Positions 33,763-43,900 of a stretch of DNA of 64,000 bases are shown one piece after another. Source of the DNA: Limisphaerales bacterium (GTDB lineage Bacteria > Verrucomicrobiota > Verrucomicrobiia > Limisphaerales > SXTU01). The translations under genes and the position numbers were made by a program. The notes beneath the pieces were generated by a model, which was not told the origin of the DNA, searched no databases, and saw nothing but the letters and a program-made list of their open reading frames with translations. Positions within the stretch are counted from its first letter, which is position 1, and every line of letters starts with the position of its first letter. Location: positions 2,394-66,393 of the forward strand of contig WRPG01000021.1 of assembly GCA_009773355.1 (NCBI GenBank). Reading direction: 5' to 3'.

Positions 33763-35838
33763 TTATTTTTCACCACGCAGGTGCCGGTCGAGGAATTCGT
33801 AGGCCACCTTGCGGGCGTCGTCGGGGAAGGCGTGCGGGCCTTTGGGATAGTAGCCGACGAGGTTTCCGGCCTGGCCGTGGAGTTCATACACCTTGCGCGC
33901 GGCGGCGAGCACGTCGCGGACGCCGGACACGTCGAAGTCGGTGTCGCCTTCCGCCGAGCAGGTGAGGAAGGGGCGCGGGGCGAAGGCGGCGACAATTTCC
34001 GGGAAGTCGAAGGGCACGCGCGCGGCGGCGTTGGCGAACTCGGTCTTGATGCGCGGCATATAGACCTTGCCAGTCCAACTCGGCATATCGTCCTTGCGGA
34101 AGGTGGTGAAGCCGCAGCTCGACACTATGACGCGCAGGCGCGGCTCGAAGACGGCGGTGAACATCGCGTTGTGCCCGCCGAGCGAGTGGCCGATGACGCC
34201 GAGGCGCGCGGCGTCCACCTCGGGGAGTGATTCGAGGAGGTCCACGGCGCGGACGTTGTCCCAGATGGCTTTCATGGTGCCGCTGGCGTAGCCGTGGCGC
34301 GGGTCGAAGTCGTATTTGGAATCGCCGAAGCTCGGGTAATCGGGCGCGAAGGTGACGTAGCCGCGCTGCGCGAGGTGGAGGGCGTATTGCTTGGGGTTGT
34401 CCACGAGGCCGGCGGACTCGGCCTTGCCGAGCTTGGTGGTCTGGTGGAGGCAGAGGACGGTGGGGAGCTTCGCCTTCGCGCTGGACTCGGGTAGGAAGAG
34501 ATAGGCGGCGACGCGGTCAGTCGCGTCGCTTTGATAAGTCAATTTTCGCCGGAGCAAGCCGCCTTCGAGCTTCACCTCCTCGAGCACCTTCACGTCGAGG
34601 GCGGCGCGCTTGGCGGGATTGGGAAACGGCCCCATTACACGCTCCAACGCGGCAGCGATGTGCCGGCAGCGCGGCTCCCACTCGGCGGGTGTCTGAGCGT
34701 TCCTGGCTATTCCGCTGGCAGAGGCAACGCGCAGCACGTCGAAGCGGTCAGGATAACCAGGCGACGGCAACGCTGGCTCGAAGCGGCCAACGGGAAAGCC
34801 TTGCGCGTAGGAGATGACATAGACGCCGTCGGTCGTGACGTAGCGGATGTCCTCGCGCCGCTCGAAGTCGGTGGGCGTTTTGCGGTCGAGGGCGTCGGGG
34901 CTGTCGGCGCGGAGGAACTTCCCGGCGACGTGGCCGGGGATGAGCGTGCGGTTGCCGAGCGCGTGGCCGGTGGTGCTGAAGATTTTGCCGTCCACCATCT
35001 CCTTCGTGACCCAGACGGGCGTGATGTCGAGGCCGGCGCGCGTCATGTTGGCGACCATCTCCTGGCCGTCGGCGAGGCAGGTCTTGTCGTCGAGACCGTG
35101 GACGGAAAAAACCTTGGCGGTGGTGCCGAGGCGCTTCATCTCGGCGAGATGCGCGGGGTGGCCGACGAAGCGTATCTCCTGCGCGCCGGGTGAGAGGAAG
35201 TTCGGGCTGGCGGAGTCGCGGCTCCAGCGGGCGTTGAGTCCACCGGCGGCGGGGAGGTTGTAGGCAAGCGCGTCACTGAGCTTCTTCATGCCGCACATGT
35301 CCACGACGGCGGTGAACGTGCGCGGGGCGAGCTTGTTCGCCATGAGCGTCACGTTGCCGCCGCCTGAGCCACCGGTGGCGAAGAGGCGGCCACGGGCGAA
35401 GGGCGTCTTGGTCGTGTCCAGCTCGTTGAACACGAGCCAAAGCGCGCGCAAGGCATCCAGCCCTTGCAGCCAACCGAAGTCATACGGCTCCGGGCCTTCG
35501 ATGGAATCCTTCGGGCCGCTCTGGAGATAGTTCACGCAGAGGGCGACGCAGTTGAACTCGCGGGCGAGGGCTGCAGGGTTCGCGGTGCCCGCGCAGTCGG
35601 TGCCGCCCCAGTTGTGGAGCGTGAGGAAGATGCCCGTGCGCGGCCCGATGCTGGCGCGCGTGCCACCGGGGTAATGCACGAGCACGCGCACCTCGCGCGG
35701 GCCGGGACGGAGCGGCCACTCTTGGGCGGGGATGACAATCGGGCCGTCGCGCTCGGGGAGCTTGGGCCACGGGACTTCGGCGGCGGACAACGCAAGGGCC
35801 GTCAAGGCCAGGGCCACAGCGGCAAGCAGTCGGTGCAT
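33763..35838 (-). CDS. Secreted two-domain alpha/beta-hydrolase (dienelactone hydrolase/esterase-like)
   Basis: Signal peptide MHRLLAAVALALTALALSAA. First half has LFATGGSGGGNV. Second half has nucleophile elbow GVIGHSLGGHNA and the dienelactone-hydrolase-like context VLCLHQTT...GYVTFAPDYP. Confidence 0.7.
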   Translation of the reverse strand: MHRLLAAVALALTALALSAAEVPWPKLPERDGPIVIPAQEWPLRPGPREVRVLVHYPGGTRASIGPRTGIFLTLHNWGGTDCAGTANPAALAREFNCVALCVNYLQSGPKDSIEGPEPYDFGWLQGLDALRALWLVFNELDTTKTPFARGRLFATGGSGGGNVTLMANKLAPRTFTAVVDMCGMKKLSDALAYNLPAAGGLNARWSRDSASPNFLSPGAQEIRFVGHPAHLAEMKRLGTTAKVFSVHGLDDKTCLADGQEMVANMTRAGLDITPVWVTKEMVDGKIFSTTGHALGNRTLIPGHVAGKFLRADSPDALDRKTPTDFERREDIRYVTTDGVYVISYAQGFPVGRFEPALPSPGYPDRFDVLRVASASGIARNAQTPAEWEPRCRHIAAALERVMGPFPNPAKRAALDVKVLEEVKLEGGLLRRKLTYQSDATDRVAAYLFLPESSAKAKLPTVLCLHQTTKLGKAESAGLVDNPKQYALHLAQRGYVTFAPDYPSFGDSKYDFDPRHGYASGTMKAIWDNVRAVDLLESLPEVDAARLGVIGHSLGGHNAMFTAVFEPRLRVIVSSCGFTTFRKDDMPSWTGKVYMPRIKTEFANAAARVPFDFPEIVAAFAPRPFLTCSAEGDTDFDVSGVRDVLAAARKVYELHGQAGNLVGYYPKGPHAFPDDARKVAYEFLDRHLRGEK

Positions 35839-35990
35839 GGCGAGAGATTGAGCCGACTCTCAGCCGTAGGCAAACCGACAGTCAGAGACTCCTCACGTCG
35901 TCTCCTGCGGGGTCGTCACCCGTTCGTAACAAAGTCGTCACCGGCTTGTCGTTGTTTCGTTGGTGGCCGCGTGTTACCCAAGACTCGAAC

Positions 35991-36671
35991 ATGGCAAAGA
36001 TATTGGTCGTGGATGACGAACCGGATGCCGTTGAACTGGTCGAGTTCAACTTGAAGAACGCCGGCTTCGAGGTGGTCACGGCGGCGGATGGCGCAGAGGC
36101 GCTCAAGAAGGCGCGCGCGGCGCTGCCCGATCTCATCGTGCTGGACCTGATGATTCCCGAGGTGGACGGCTTGGAGGTGTGCAAGCTGCTGCGGCGCGAC
36201 GCGGCCACGGCGGGTATCCCCATTCTCATGCTCACGGCGAAGGCGGCGGAGATTGACCGTGTGCTGGGCCTCGAACTCGGCGCGGACGATTACGTGACCA
36301 AGCCGTTCAGCCCGCGCGAGCTGATGCTGCGCATCAAGGGCCTGCTGCGTCGCCGCGAGACGACCGAGGCCAAGGCGGAGCGGATGCAGTTCGGCGACCT
36401 TGTGCTCGACGTGCCCGCGCACAGCCTCACGGTGAACAACAAGCGCGTGGAGCTGACCGCCACGGAGTTCAAGCTGCTCACCATCCTCGCGCAGCGGCGC
36501 GGCCGGGTGCAATCGCGCGACCAGTTGCTCAAGGACGTGTGGGAATACGACAACGTCATAGACACGCGCACCGTGGACACGCACATGCGGCGGCTGCGGG
36601 AGAAGCTGGGCAAGGCGGCGAAGCACTTGGATACCGTGCGAGGGGTCGGCTATCGCTTTGTGGCGGGGTGA
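35991..36671 (+). CDS. OmpR/PhoB-family response regulator
   Basis: MAKILVVDDEPD...DLIVLDLMIPEVDG...LTAK (REC) and winged-helix output LTATEFKLLTILAQRRGRVQSRDQLL...VDTHMRRLREKL...VRGVGYRF. Confidence 0.9.
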   Translation: MAKILVVDDEPDAVELVEFNLKNAGFEVVTAADGAEALKKARAALPDLIVLDLMIPEVDGLEVCKLLRRDAATAGIPILMLTAKAAEIDRVLGLELGADDYVTKPFSPRELMLRIKGLLRRRETTEAKAERMQFGDLVLDVPAHSLTVNNKRVELTATEFKLLTILAQRRGRVQSRDQLLKDVWEYDNVIDTRTVDTHMRRLREKLGKAAKHLDTVRGVGYRFVAG

Positions 36672-36749
36672 GACGTAATGCGTAATGCGTAAAACGTAAG
36701 GGCCACCGGCGCTCGACGCCCTGCTTGGTTACGTTTTACGTTTTACGTC
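36672..36749. repeat. cgtaaNN/NNttacg heptamer hairpin between response regulator and kinase genes
   Basis: cgtaatg cgtaatg cgtaaaa cgtaagg - 25-nt spacer - ggttacg ttttacg ttttacg. Starts 1 nt after the regulator stop codon. Confidence 0.85.
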
Positions 36750-36778
36750 TCCCCTCCTTCCCAGCCATTCTCCACCCG

Positions 36779-37960
36779 ATGTGGCCGACGCTAACCATCC
36801 TTGCCCTGCTGGCGGCAGGCGTTTGCTTCGTCGCGATGCGGCGATGCCGGGAGGAGACGGATGCGGAACGCGAGCGGCAGCAACGGGAGTTCGAATCGCT
36901 CCGTCAGCAGCACGAGCAGGCGCGGGCGCGTGAGCTGGCGCAGCAGCAGGCGCTCTTCAACAGCATGAGCGAGGGCGTGCTGGTGCTCGACGCCGAGGGG
37001 CGCGTGCGGCTCGTCAATCAGGCGCTCGAACGGCTCTTCGGCGTCACGGGCGACATCCGAGGGCGCACGGTGATGGAGGCGCTTCGGCTGCACCAGGTTC
37101 AGGAACTCGTCAACCAGACGCTCGTCAGGGGGCAGGTCGAGGACTTCGAGCTGGAGCTGCCCGGCCTCGATGGCAACCGCAGCCTGCAGGTGAACTCCGC
37201 CGTCGTGCTTGGCTCGGATGGCCGGCAACAGGGCCTGATCCTCGTCTGCCACGATCTCACGCGGCTCAAGCAGTTGGAGAACACCCGCCGCGAGTTCGTC
37301 GCCAACGTCAGCCACGAGCTGCGCACGCCGCTCTCGATGATCAAGGGCTACGTCGAGACGCTCATTGACGGCGCGAAGGACAAGCCCGAGGTCGCGATGA
37401 AGTTCCTTCAGACCATCGAGAAGCACGCGGATCGGCTGACCTACCTCATCGAGGACCTGCTCACCATCTCGCGGCTGGAGTCCGGGCAGATCGTGATGAA
37501 CCTCCAGCGCGCCGAGTTGCGCGGCGTCGCCGAGCACGTCCGCACCGACCTCGAATCCCGCGCCGCTGCCAAGCAGGTAAAGCTGCTCAACGAAATTCCC
37601 GCTGACACCGCCGCGAACGCCGACGCCGAGCGCCTCCAGCAAGTGCTCTTCAACCTCGTGGACAACGCCATCAAGTATGGCCGCGCCGGGGGCTGCGTGA
37701 TCATCGGCGCGCGTGGGAACGACAAGAAGCAGGTGGAACTCTGGGTGCGCGACGACGGCCCCGGCATCCCGCCCGAGGCGCAGACACGCGTCTTCGAGCG
37801 GTTCTACCGCGTGGACAAGGCGCGCTCGCGCGACGCGGGCGGCACCGGCCTCGGCCTCGCCATCGTGAAGCACATCGTGCAGTCGCACGGCGGCGAGGTG
37901 TGGGTGGAGAGCGAGCCGGGCCAGGGAGCGGCTTTCTACTTCACCCTGCCGGCGGCGTGA
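36779..37960 (+). CDS. PhoR-like sensor histidine kinase (TM, PAS, HisKA, HATPase_c)
   Basis: TM MWPTLTILALLAAGVCFVAM. PAS-like SMSEGVLVLDAEGRVRLVNQA. H-box EFVANVSHELRTPLSMIKGY. N/G boxes NLVDNAIKY, DDGPGI, GGTGLGLAIVKHIV. Confidence 0.88.
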   Translation: MWPTLTILALLAAGVCFVAMRRCREETDAERERQQREFESLRQQHEQARARELAQQQALFNSMSEGVLVLDAEGRVRLVNQALERLFGVTGDIRGRTVMEALRLHQVQELVNQTLVRGQVEDFELELPGLDGNRSLQVNSAVVLGSDGRQQGLILVCHDLTRLKQLENTRREFVANVSHELRTPLSMIKGYVETLIDGAKDKPEVAMKFLQTIEKHADRLTYLIEDLLTISRLESGQIVMNLQRAELRGVAEHVRTDLESRAAAKQVKLLNEIPADTAANADAERLQQVLFNLVDNAIKYGRAGGCVIIGARGNDKKQVELWVRDDGPGIPPEAQTRVFERFYRVDKARSRDAGGTGLGLAIVKHIVQSHGGEVWVESEPGQGAAFYFTLPAA

Positions 37961-38039
37961 GGAGCGGCGACTTAAGCCCGCGCCCCGACTTCACCCCGGA
38001 CCTTGCTCAACCCAGCGGCGACACCTCACAAGTTGAGCG

Positions 38040-39377
38040 TCACCTGTTCACCGCCACCTTCCCCGGCTGCCCCGTCTTCGCGTCGAAGAATTGCAGCGTG
38101 CCGTCCAGGCGGCCCACGACGAAGCGGGTGTTGCCGGCGGTGAAGGCCACGGCGGGGGCGAGGTCGGGCTGCGGGTCCAGGTGGCCGCGCTCGACGAGCT
38201 TGGCGGCGTCCCACCACTTCACCGTGCGGTCCTCGGCGCTGGAGAGCAGCGTCGCGCCGTCGCTGGCGAAGACGATGCGCAGCACCGCGCCCTCGTGCGC
38301 GAACTTGGATTCGAGCAACTGGTTCGTGCCCTCCACCGCGCCCGCACTCACGGCGTAGAGGCGGATGCGGTTGTCCACACCGCCCGCCACGAGCCGCCGC
38401 CCATCCGGGCTGAACGCGACGGTGTATTGCTCCTTCGTCGGCTGCGAGAAGGTGTCGAGGCGTTTGCCGGTGGCGACTTCCCAGAGCTTCACCGTGCGGT
38501 CGCCGCTGGCGCTGGCGAGCACCCTGCCATCGGGCCGGAAGGCGAGGCCATAGACCGCGCCGTTGTGGCCGGTAAGCGTGCGGACTTCCTTGCCGGTGGC
38601 GGTGTCCCAGAGCTTGATTTTCTGGTCGTAACTGCCGGTCGCCAGCAGCTTGCCGTCGGGCGAGAGCGCCACGGAGTAGAGCGCGTCGAAGTGCCCCTCG
38701 AACTTCCGCACCAGCCCGCCGTCTGTGACACGCCAGATGGCCGCCTGTCCCTGCAAGCCCGGCTCGCCGCCCGCCGCCGCGACCCACCGGCCGTCAGTGG
38801 AGAAGGCGACGGAGTTCACGTTGCCGCGAATGCCCGTGAGCGTGTGCCGCAACGCGCCGGTCTCGGCGTCGCGCAGCTCGACCTCGCGGTAGCGCGCGAC
38901 GGCGATGACGTTCGGCTGCGCGGCGAACGCGATGGCCTGGATGGATTTCCGGGGCGTGACGCGCGGGGCAATCTTCGGCGTGACCAACTCGCGAACCGGC
39001 TCGGTGGCGATGGCCGGCGGCTTGGCCCCGCCGTCAATCCACGCCTTGATGACGGCAAGTTCGGACGCATCCAGTTTCTTCTTCTTGCCCGGCGGCATGA
39101 TTTTGACTTTGTCGCGCCCTTCGAGGGACTTCATCAGGAGGCTGTCGGCGCTCTTGCCCGGTAACACCGGCACGCCGCCGTCGCCGCCCTTCATGAGCGA
39201 GGCGAAGTTTTCGAGGATGAGATTGTTCTCCGCGTCCGTGACCGAGTGGCACTCGACGCAATGCTTCTTGAAGAGCGCCTGCACCAGCGTGAAGTCCGGC
39301 GCGGCGGACGCGGCGGTGGCCGGGCGCGAGAACGACAAGGCCAGAACCAGCGTGGCGAGGAACGAAACGAGTCTCAT
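38040..39377 (-). CDS. Planctomycete-type cytochrome c (PSCyt1) domain fused to a WD40 beta-propeller
   Basis: Signal peptide MRLVSFLATLVLALSFSRPATA. Heme motif CVECHS with downstream MPPGKKK. WD40 repeats (GHFDALYSVALSPDGKLLATGSYDQKIKLWD, GHNGAVYGLAFRPDGRVLASASGDRTVKLWE). Confidence 0.85.
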   Translation of the reverse strand: MRLVSFLATLVLALSFSRPATAASAAPDFTLVQALFKKHCVECHSVTDAENNLILENFASLMKGGDGGVPVLPGKSADSLLMKSLEGRDKVKIMPPGKKKKLDASELAVIKAWIDGGAKPPAIATEPVRELVTPKIAPRVTPRKSIQAIAFAAQPNVIAVARYREVELRDAETGALRHTLTGIRGNVNSVAFSTDGRWVAAAGGEPGLQGQAAIWRVTDGGLVRKFEGHFDALYSVALSPDGKLLATGSYDQKIKLWDTATGKEVRTLTGHNGAVYGLAFRPDGRVLASASGDRTVKLWEVATGKRLDTFSQPTKEQYTVAFSPDGRRLVAGGVDNRIRLYAVSAGAVEGTNQLLESKFAHEGAVLRIVFASDGATLLSSAEDRTVKWWDAAKLVERGHLDPQPDLAPAVAFTAGNTRFVVGRLDGTLQFFDAKTGQPGKVAVNR

Positions 39378-39477
39378 GCGGTGCGCGACAAAGCTTTGCT
39401 TAAACGTGGTGGAAGCTAGCCCAACCGGCAGGCGACGCGAATGCAAAATACACGCCGGGCCATGCAGGATTCTGCCC

Positions 39478-39542
39478 GCAGTCGCAGGCTTCAGCCTGCG
39501 CTTCCGGAGCGGAGCGATTCGCAACCTGAAGGTTGCGACTAC
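39478..39542. repeat. Double-hairpin repeat element, copy 2 of 2
   Basis: gcagtcgcaggcttcagcctgcg ... cgcaacctgaaggttgcgactac. The TAG stop of the DUF1501 gene (39539-39541) lies inside the terminal gactac. Confidence 0.75.
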
Positions 39543-40978
39543 GCCAATATCCCCTTCACCACTTGGCACGGCTCGACGCCGGTGAGCTTCAAGTCCAAGC
39601 CCTGGAAGCGGACGGAGAGCCGCTCGTGGTCGAGGCCGAGCTGGTGGAGGATGGTCGCTTGCAGGTCGCGGACATGGACGGGGTTTTCGACGATGTGGAA
39701 GCCCAGTTCATCCGTCTGGCCGTAGGTGAGGCCGGGCTTCACGCCGCCGCCGGCCAGCCACATCGAGAAGGCCTGCGGATGGTGGTCGCGCCCGAGGCTG
39801 CGGCCCAGCGCGGCGTTGGATTCCACCATCGGGGTGCGGCCGAACTCGCCGCCCCAGATGACCAGGGTGTCGTCGAGCAGGCCGCGTTGCTTGAGGTCCA
39901 TCACGAGCGCGGCGCTGGCCTGGTCGGTGGTCTTGCAGTTGTTGCGGACGTTGCCCTCGACGTTCGAGTGCGCGTCCCAGCCTTCGTTGTAGATGTTGAT
40001 GAAGCGCACGCCGCGCTCGACCATCCGCCGCGCCAGCAGGCACGAGCGGGCGAAGGAGGGTTTGGCGGGGTCGCAGCCGTAGAGGTCGAGCGTGGCCTTG
40101 CTCTCGCCGCGCAAGTCCATCAAGTCCGGCGCGCTGGTCTGGAGGCGGAAGGCCATTTCGTAGGCAGCAATGCGCGTGGCGATTTCCGGGTCGCCGTCCA
40201 GCGCGAGGCGGCGCTGGTTCAGGCTGCCAATCAAGTCCAACGAGTCGCGCTGAAGCCGCGCGTCCGCGCCCGGCGGGCTGGAGACGTTGAGAATGGGGTC
40301 GCCTTGGTTGCGGAAGCGCACGCCGGTGTAGACGCCCGGCAACGCGCCGCTGCCCCAGCACGCCGAGCCGCCACTGATGCCGCTGCCCGTGCTCATCACG
40401 ACAAACGCCGGCAGGTCGCTCGTCTCCGCGCCGAGGCCGTAGAGCACCCACGAGCCCATGCTGGGCCGCCCCGGCTGGCCGAAGCCGGTGTTGAAGAAAA
40501 TCTGCGCGGGCGCGTGGTTGAACTGGTCCGTCCGCATGGACTTCACGATCGCGATGTCGTCCACAATCTTCGCGAGGTATGGCAGCGTTTCGCCCAGCTC
40601 CGCGCCGCACTGACCGTGTTTGGCGAATTTGAAGCGCGGCCCGAGCACCGCCGCGTCCGACCGGATGAACGCGTAGCGCTGCCCGCCGATGACCTCGGGC
40701 GGGATGGGCTTGCCTTCCAGCTCGGCGAGCTTGGGCTTGTAGTCGAACAGCTCCAACTGGCTCGGCGCGCCGGCCATGAACATGTGAATGACGCGCCTGG
40801 CCTTCGGCGCGAAGTGCGGCGGTTTGATGGGGAAGGGGTTCGCCGGCGCGGCACTGGCGCGGCGAGCGAAGGAGTCAGTCAGCAGGCCCGCGAGGGCGAC
40901 TTTGCCGAGGCCGACGCCGCAGTTGCGGAAGAAGTGGCGCCGCGTGACGGCGAGGCAGTGTTCTTGAAGAGGTGTCAT
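39539..40978 (-). CDS. DUF1501 domain protein (sulfatase-fold, Tat-signal type)
   Basis: N-terminal TRRHFFRNCGVGLGKVALAGLL. NEGWDAHSN and GGEFGRTP blocks typical of DUF1501. 3-nt gap after the upstream DUF1553 gene. Confidence 0.85.
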   Translation of the reverse strand: MTPLQEHCLAVTRRHFFRNCGVGLGKVALAGLLTDSFARRASAAPANPFPIKPPHFAPKARRVIHMFMAGAPSQLELFDYKPKLAELEGKPIPPEVIGGQRYAFIRSDAAVLGPRFKFAKHGQCGAELGETLPYLAKIVDDIAIVKSMRTDQFNHAPAQIFFNTGFGQPGRPSMGSWVLYGLGAETSDLPAFVVMSTGSGISGGSACWGSGALPGVYTGVRFRNQGDPILNVSSPPGADARLQRDSLDLIGSLNQRRLALDGDPEIATRIAAYEMAFRLQTSAPDLMDLRGESKATLDLYGCDPAKPSFARSCLLARRMVERGVRFINIYNEGWDAHSNVEGNVRNNCKTTDQASAALVMDLKQRGLLDDTLVIWGGEFGRTPMVESNAALGRSLGRDHHPQAFSMWLAGGGVKPGLTYGQTDELGFHIVENPVHVRDLQATILHQLGLDHERLSVRFQGLDLKLTGVEPCQVVKGILA

Positions 40979-40981
40979 GGT

Positions 40982-43900
40982 TCAGCCTTTTGCAATCATC
41001 TCGTCGAGGTTCAAAAGCGCGCGGGCGAGGGCGGTCCAGGCGGCGCGGTCGTTGGCGTCGCCATCGCCTTTGCCGGCGAAGTCGGCGGCCTTGAGTTCGC
41101 CGCTGGCGAAGCGGGCGCGTTGGGTCTCGAAGAACTTCACGAGTTGGGCGCGTTCGTTGGCAGTGGGCGGGCGGGTGAGGCAGCGGCGGAAGAGGGTTTC
41201 CACACGGGTCTCGATGCTGCCGGGCTGCGCGGCGAGCTGGCGGCCGAGGGCTTGGGCGGCTTCGAGGATGACGGTGTCATTGAGCAGGGTGAGCGCTTGG
41301 AGCGGCGTGTTCGAGACGTCGCGGCGGGCGACGCAGGCTTCGCCGCTGGGGCCGTCGAAGGTGTTGAACATCGCGTAGGGCGCGGAGCGTTTGGCGAAGG
41401 TGTAGAGGCCGCGGCGGTAGCGGTCTTCGCCCTTGCTCTCGTCCCATGACTTGCCGCCATACACGCCTTCCTGCGTGACGCTCGCGGGCTGCGGCGGGAA
41501 GACGCTCGGCCCGCCAATCTTCGGCGAAAGCAGCCCGCTCGCGCGCAGGACGGAATCGCGGATGAGTTCGGCGTCGAGGCGTGAGCGGGGGAAGCGGGAG
41601 AGCAGGCGGTTGTCGGGGTCGGTAGCCGCCGAGGTGAGGAGGCGGATTGGTGGCGTGGAAGGTTCAGTCCGCCTCCTGACCTCGGCGGCTACAGCGCTGC
41701 TCTGCTGGTAAGTGGCGCTGGTCACGATGAGCTTGTGCAACAGCTTCAGCGACCAGTCATGCTTCATGAACTCCACCGCCAGCCAGTCGAGCAGCTCCGG
41801 GTGCGTCGGCGCGTCGCCTTGCAGACCGAAGTCCTCGGTGGTGCGCACGAGGCCGCGCCCGAAGAACGCGGCCCACTGGCGGTTCACGGTGACGCGCGCA
41901 GTGAGCGGGTTCTCGGGCGAGACGAGCCATTGCGCGAAGCCGAGGCGGTTCTTTGGGGCGGCGGCTGGCAATGGGTTCAAGACGCCGAGCACGGTGGGCG
42001 CGACGGCTTCCTTCGGCGACAGAAACTCGCCGCGATGATGGCGGTGCGTGGGGCGCGGGTTCTCCAGCGGGCGCTCGCGCAAGACGAGGGTGGTCTGGTG
42101 GACGGGCGGTTTGCGCAAGCGCTCGATTTCAGCCCGCGCGGATTTCAGCTCGGGCGCGACGAGGAGGAATTGTTCGCGGAGCTTGGCGCGTTGGGCGGTG
42201 GTGAGTTGCGCCTCGGGCACGCGGAGCAACGCCTCGGCCTCCTCGGTCAACTCACTGGCGGCGGCCTGCGCTTCGGTCGTGGCGGAGAGGCGGAACCGGC
42301 CCAGCGAACAGGCGTAATGGCGGCCAAACTGAAGCAGCACTTCAAGGTCGCCAGTCGCTGCGAGCGGTTGGTCGAAGTGGAAAACCGCGACGTGTCGTTC
42401 GCCAAAGCGCTCGAAGACACCCCAACCCGTTTCGGGGTTGCCATCAATCGCCAGCGCTGCGGACGACCTGTCACCGCCGAGCCAGAGCTTCGCATAGGTC
42501 TGTGATGCCCGGGCGAGCTTCACGGGCTGGCTGGCTGCCTTCACGCGGAATTCACCGAGGAAGAAATCGCCTTTGGGACCTTCGTAATACGCCATGCCTG
42601 GCCCGTGCGCGGGCAGGCGGTCGTCGGGCAAGGCTTCGAGGCGAAGCGCGGCGGTTCCGGCTAGAACGCTCTTGAAGCGAAGTGTGTAAGTGTCGTTCTT
42701 GCTGATGTCTCCGCTCGCGAAGATGGAGCTGTCTGGCTGCACCGTGAGGAGCGGGAGGTTGGACTTGGCTTCGTCGGGGCGGAGTGTCGTCCACGTCACG
42801 ACGCGGGCGCGCTCGGCTTTGAGCCATGTGGCAAATCTCCTTTCCAGATGCTTGGCTCCCGGCACCGGCGGAGTGGAGTTTGTGTCCGCCGGAAACTGTC
42901 TCGGCAGCCCGGCCAGCAGGGTGGCGGCGCGCTCCAGATTCTTGCGGTGCAGTTCATCCAGCGCCGCGTCGGGCAGGTCCTGGTCCGGCTCGTCGGCGTT
43001 GTTGAGGAAGGCCATCACGCCGTAATACTCCGTCTGGGGAATGGGATCGAACTTGTGCGTGTGGCACTGCGCGCACATCAGTGTCAGGCCCAGCCAGGTT
43101 GTGCCGGTGGTGGCCACGCGGTCGGCCATCGCGTAGAAGCGGAACTCCAGCGGGTCAATGCCGCCTTCCTCATTCAGCATCGTGTTTCGGTGGAAGCCCG
43201 TCGCGACGAGCGGGTCCAAACCTTGAACCTTGAACCTTGAACCTTGAACTGCTGGCAAGAGGTCGCCGGCGAGCTGCTGGATGGTGAACTGGTCGAAGGG
43301 AAGGCCCTCGTTCAGCGCGCGGATGACCCAGTCGCGCCAAGGCCAAATGTTGCGCGGGCGGTCTTTCTCGTAGCCGTTGGTGTCGGCGTAGCGGGCGAGG
43401 TCGAGCCACTTGCGCGCCCAGCGTTCGCCGTAGTGCGGGGAGGCGAGCAGTTTGTCCACGAGCGCGGCGATGACCTTCAGCTCACTTTCCCGCCTTCTCA
43501 CCTGCCCACTTTCGCCGGCAGCCGGTGAGAAAGTGGGAGAGCGGGAAAGTGAGAGCTGGCGCACGAAGTCATCGGCTTCCTCCGGCGTCGGCGGCAGGCC
43601 GATGAGGTCGAGGTAAAGGCGGCGGACGAGCGTGTAGTCGTCGGCGGGTGGCGACGGCTTCAAGCCTTCCTTCTCCAGCCGCGCGAGGATGAAGTGGTCA
43701 ATGGCGTTCTGCGGCCAGCCGGCTTGCTTCACCTTCGGCAATGCAGCCTGCTTCGGTTTGATGAACGCCCAGTGCGGCTGGTAATCCGCTCCGGAGGCGA
43801 CCCAGCGGCGGAACGTGTCCATCTCGGCGGGCGTGAGGTGCTTCTTCGTCTCCGGCGGCGGCATGACCTTGTTGTGGTCGGTGCTGGTGATGCGGCGGAC

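Noticed and set aside
35839-35990. Pho-box or other specific operator upstream of the PhoB/PhoR-like pair.
   Set aside because: I could not identify a convincing direct-repeat box by eye. Assigning the pair to phosphate control rests only on H-box similarity, so no gene symbols or sites were given.
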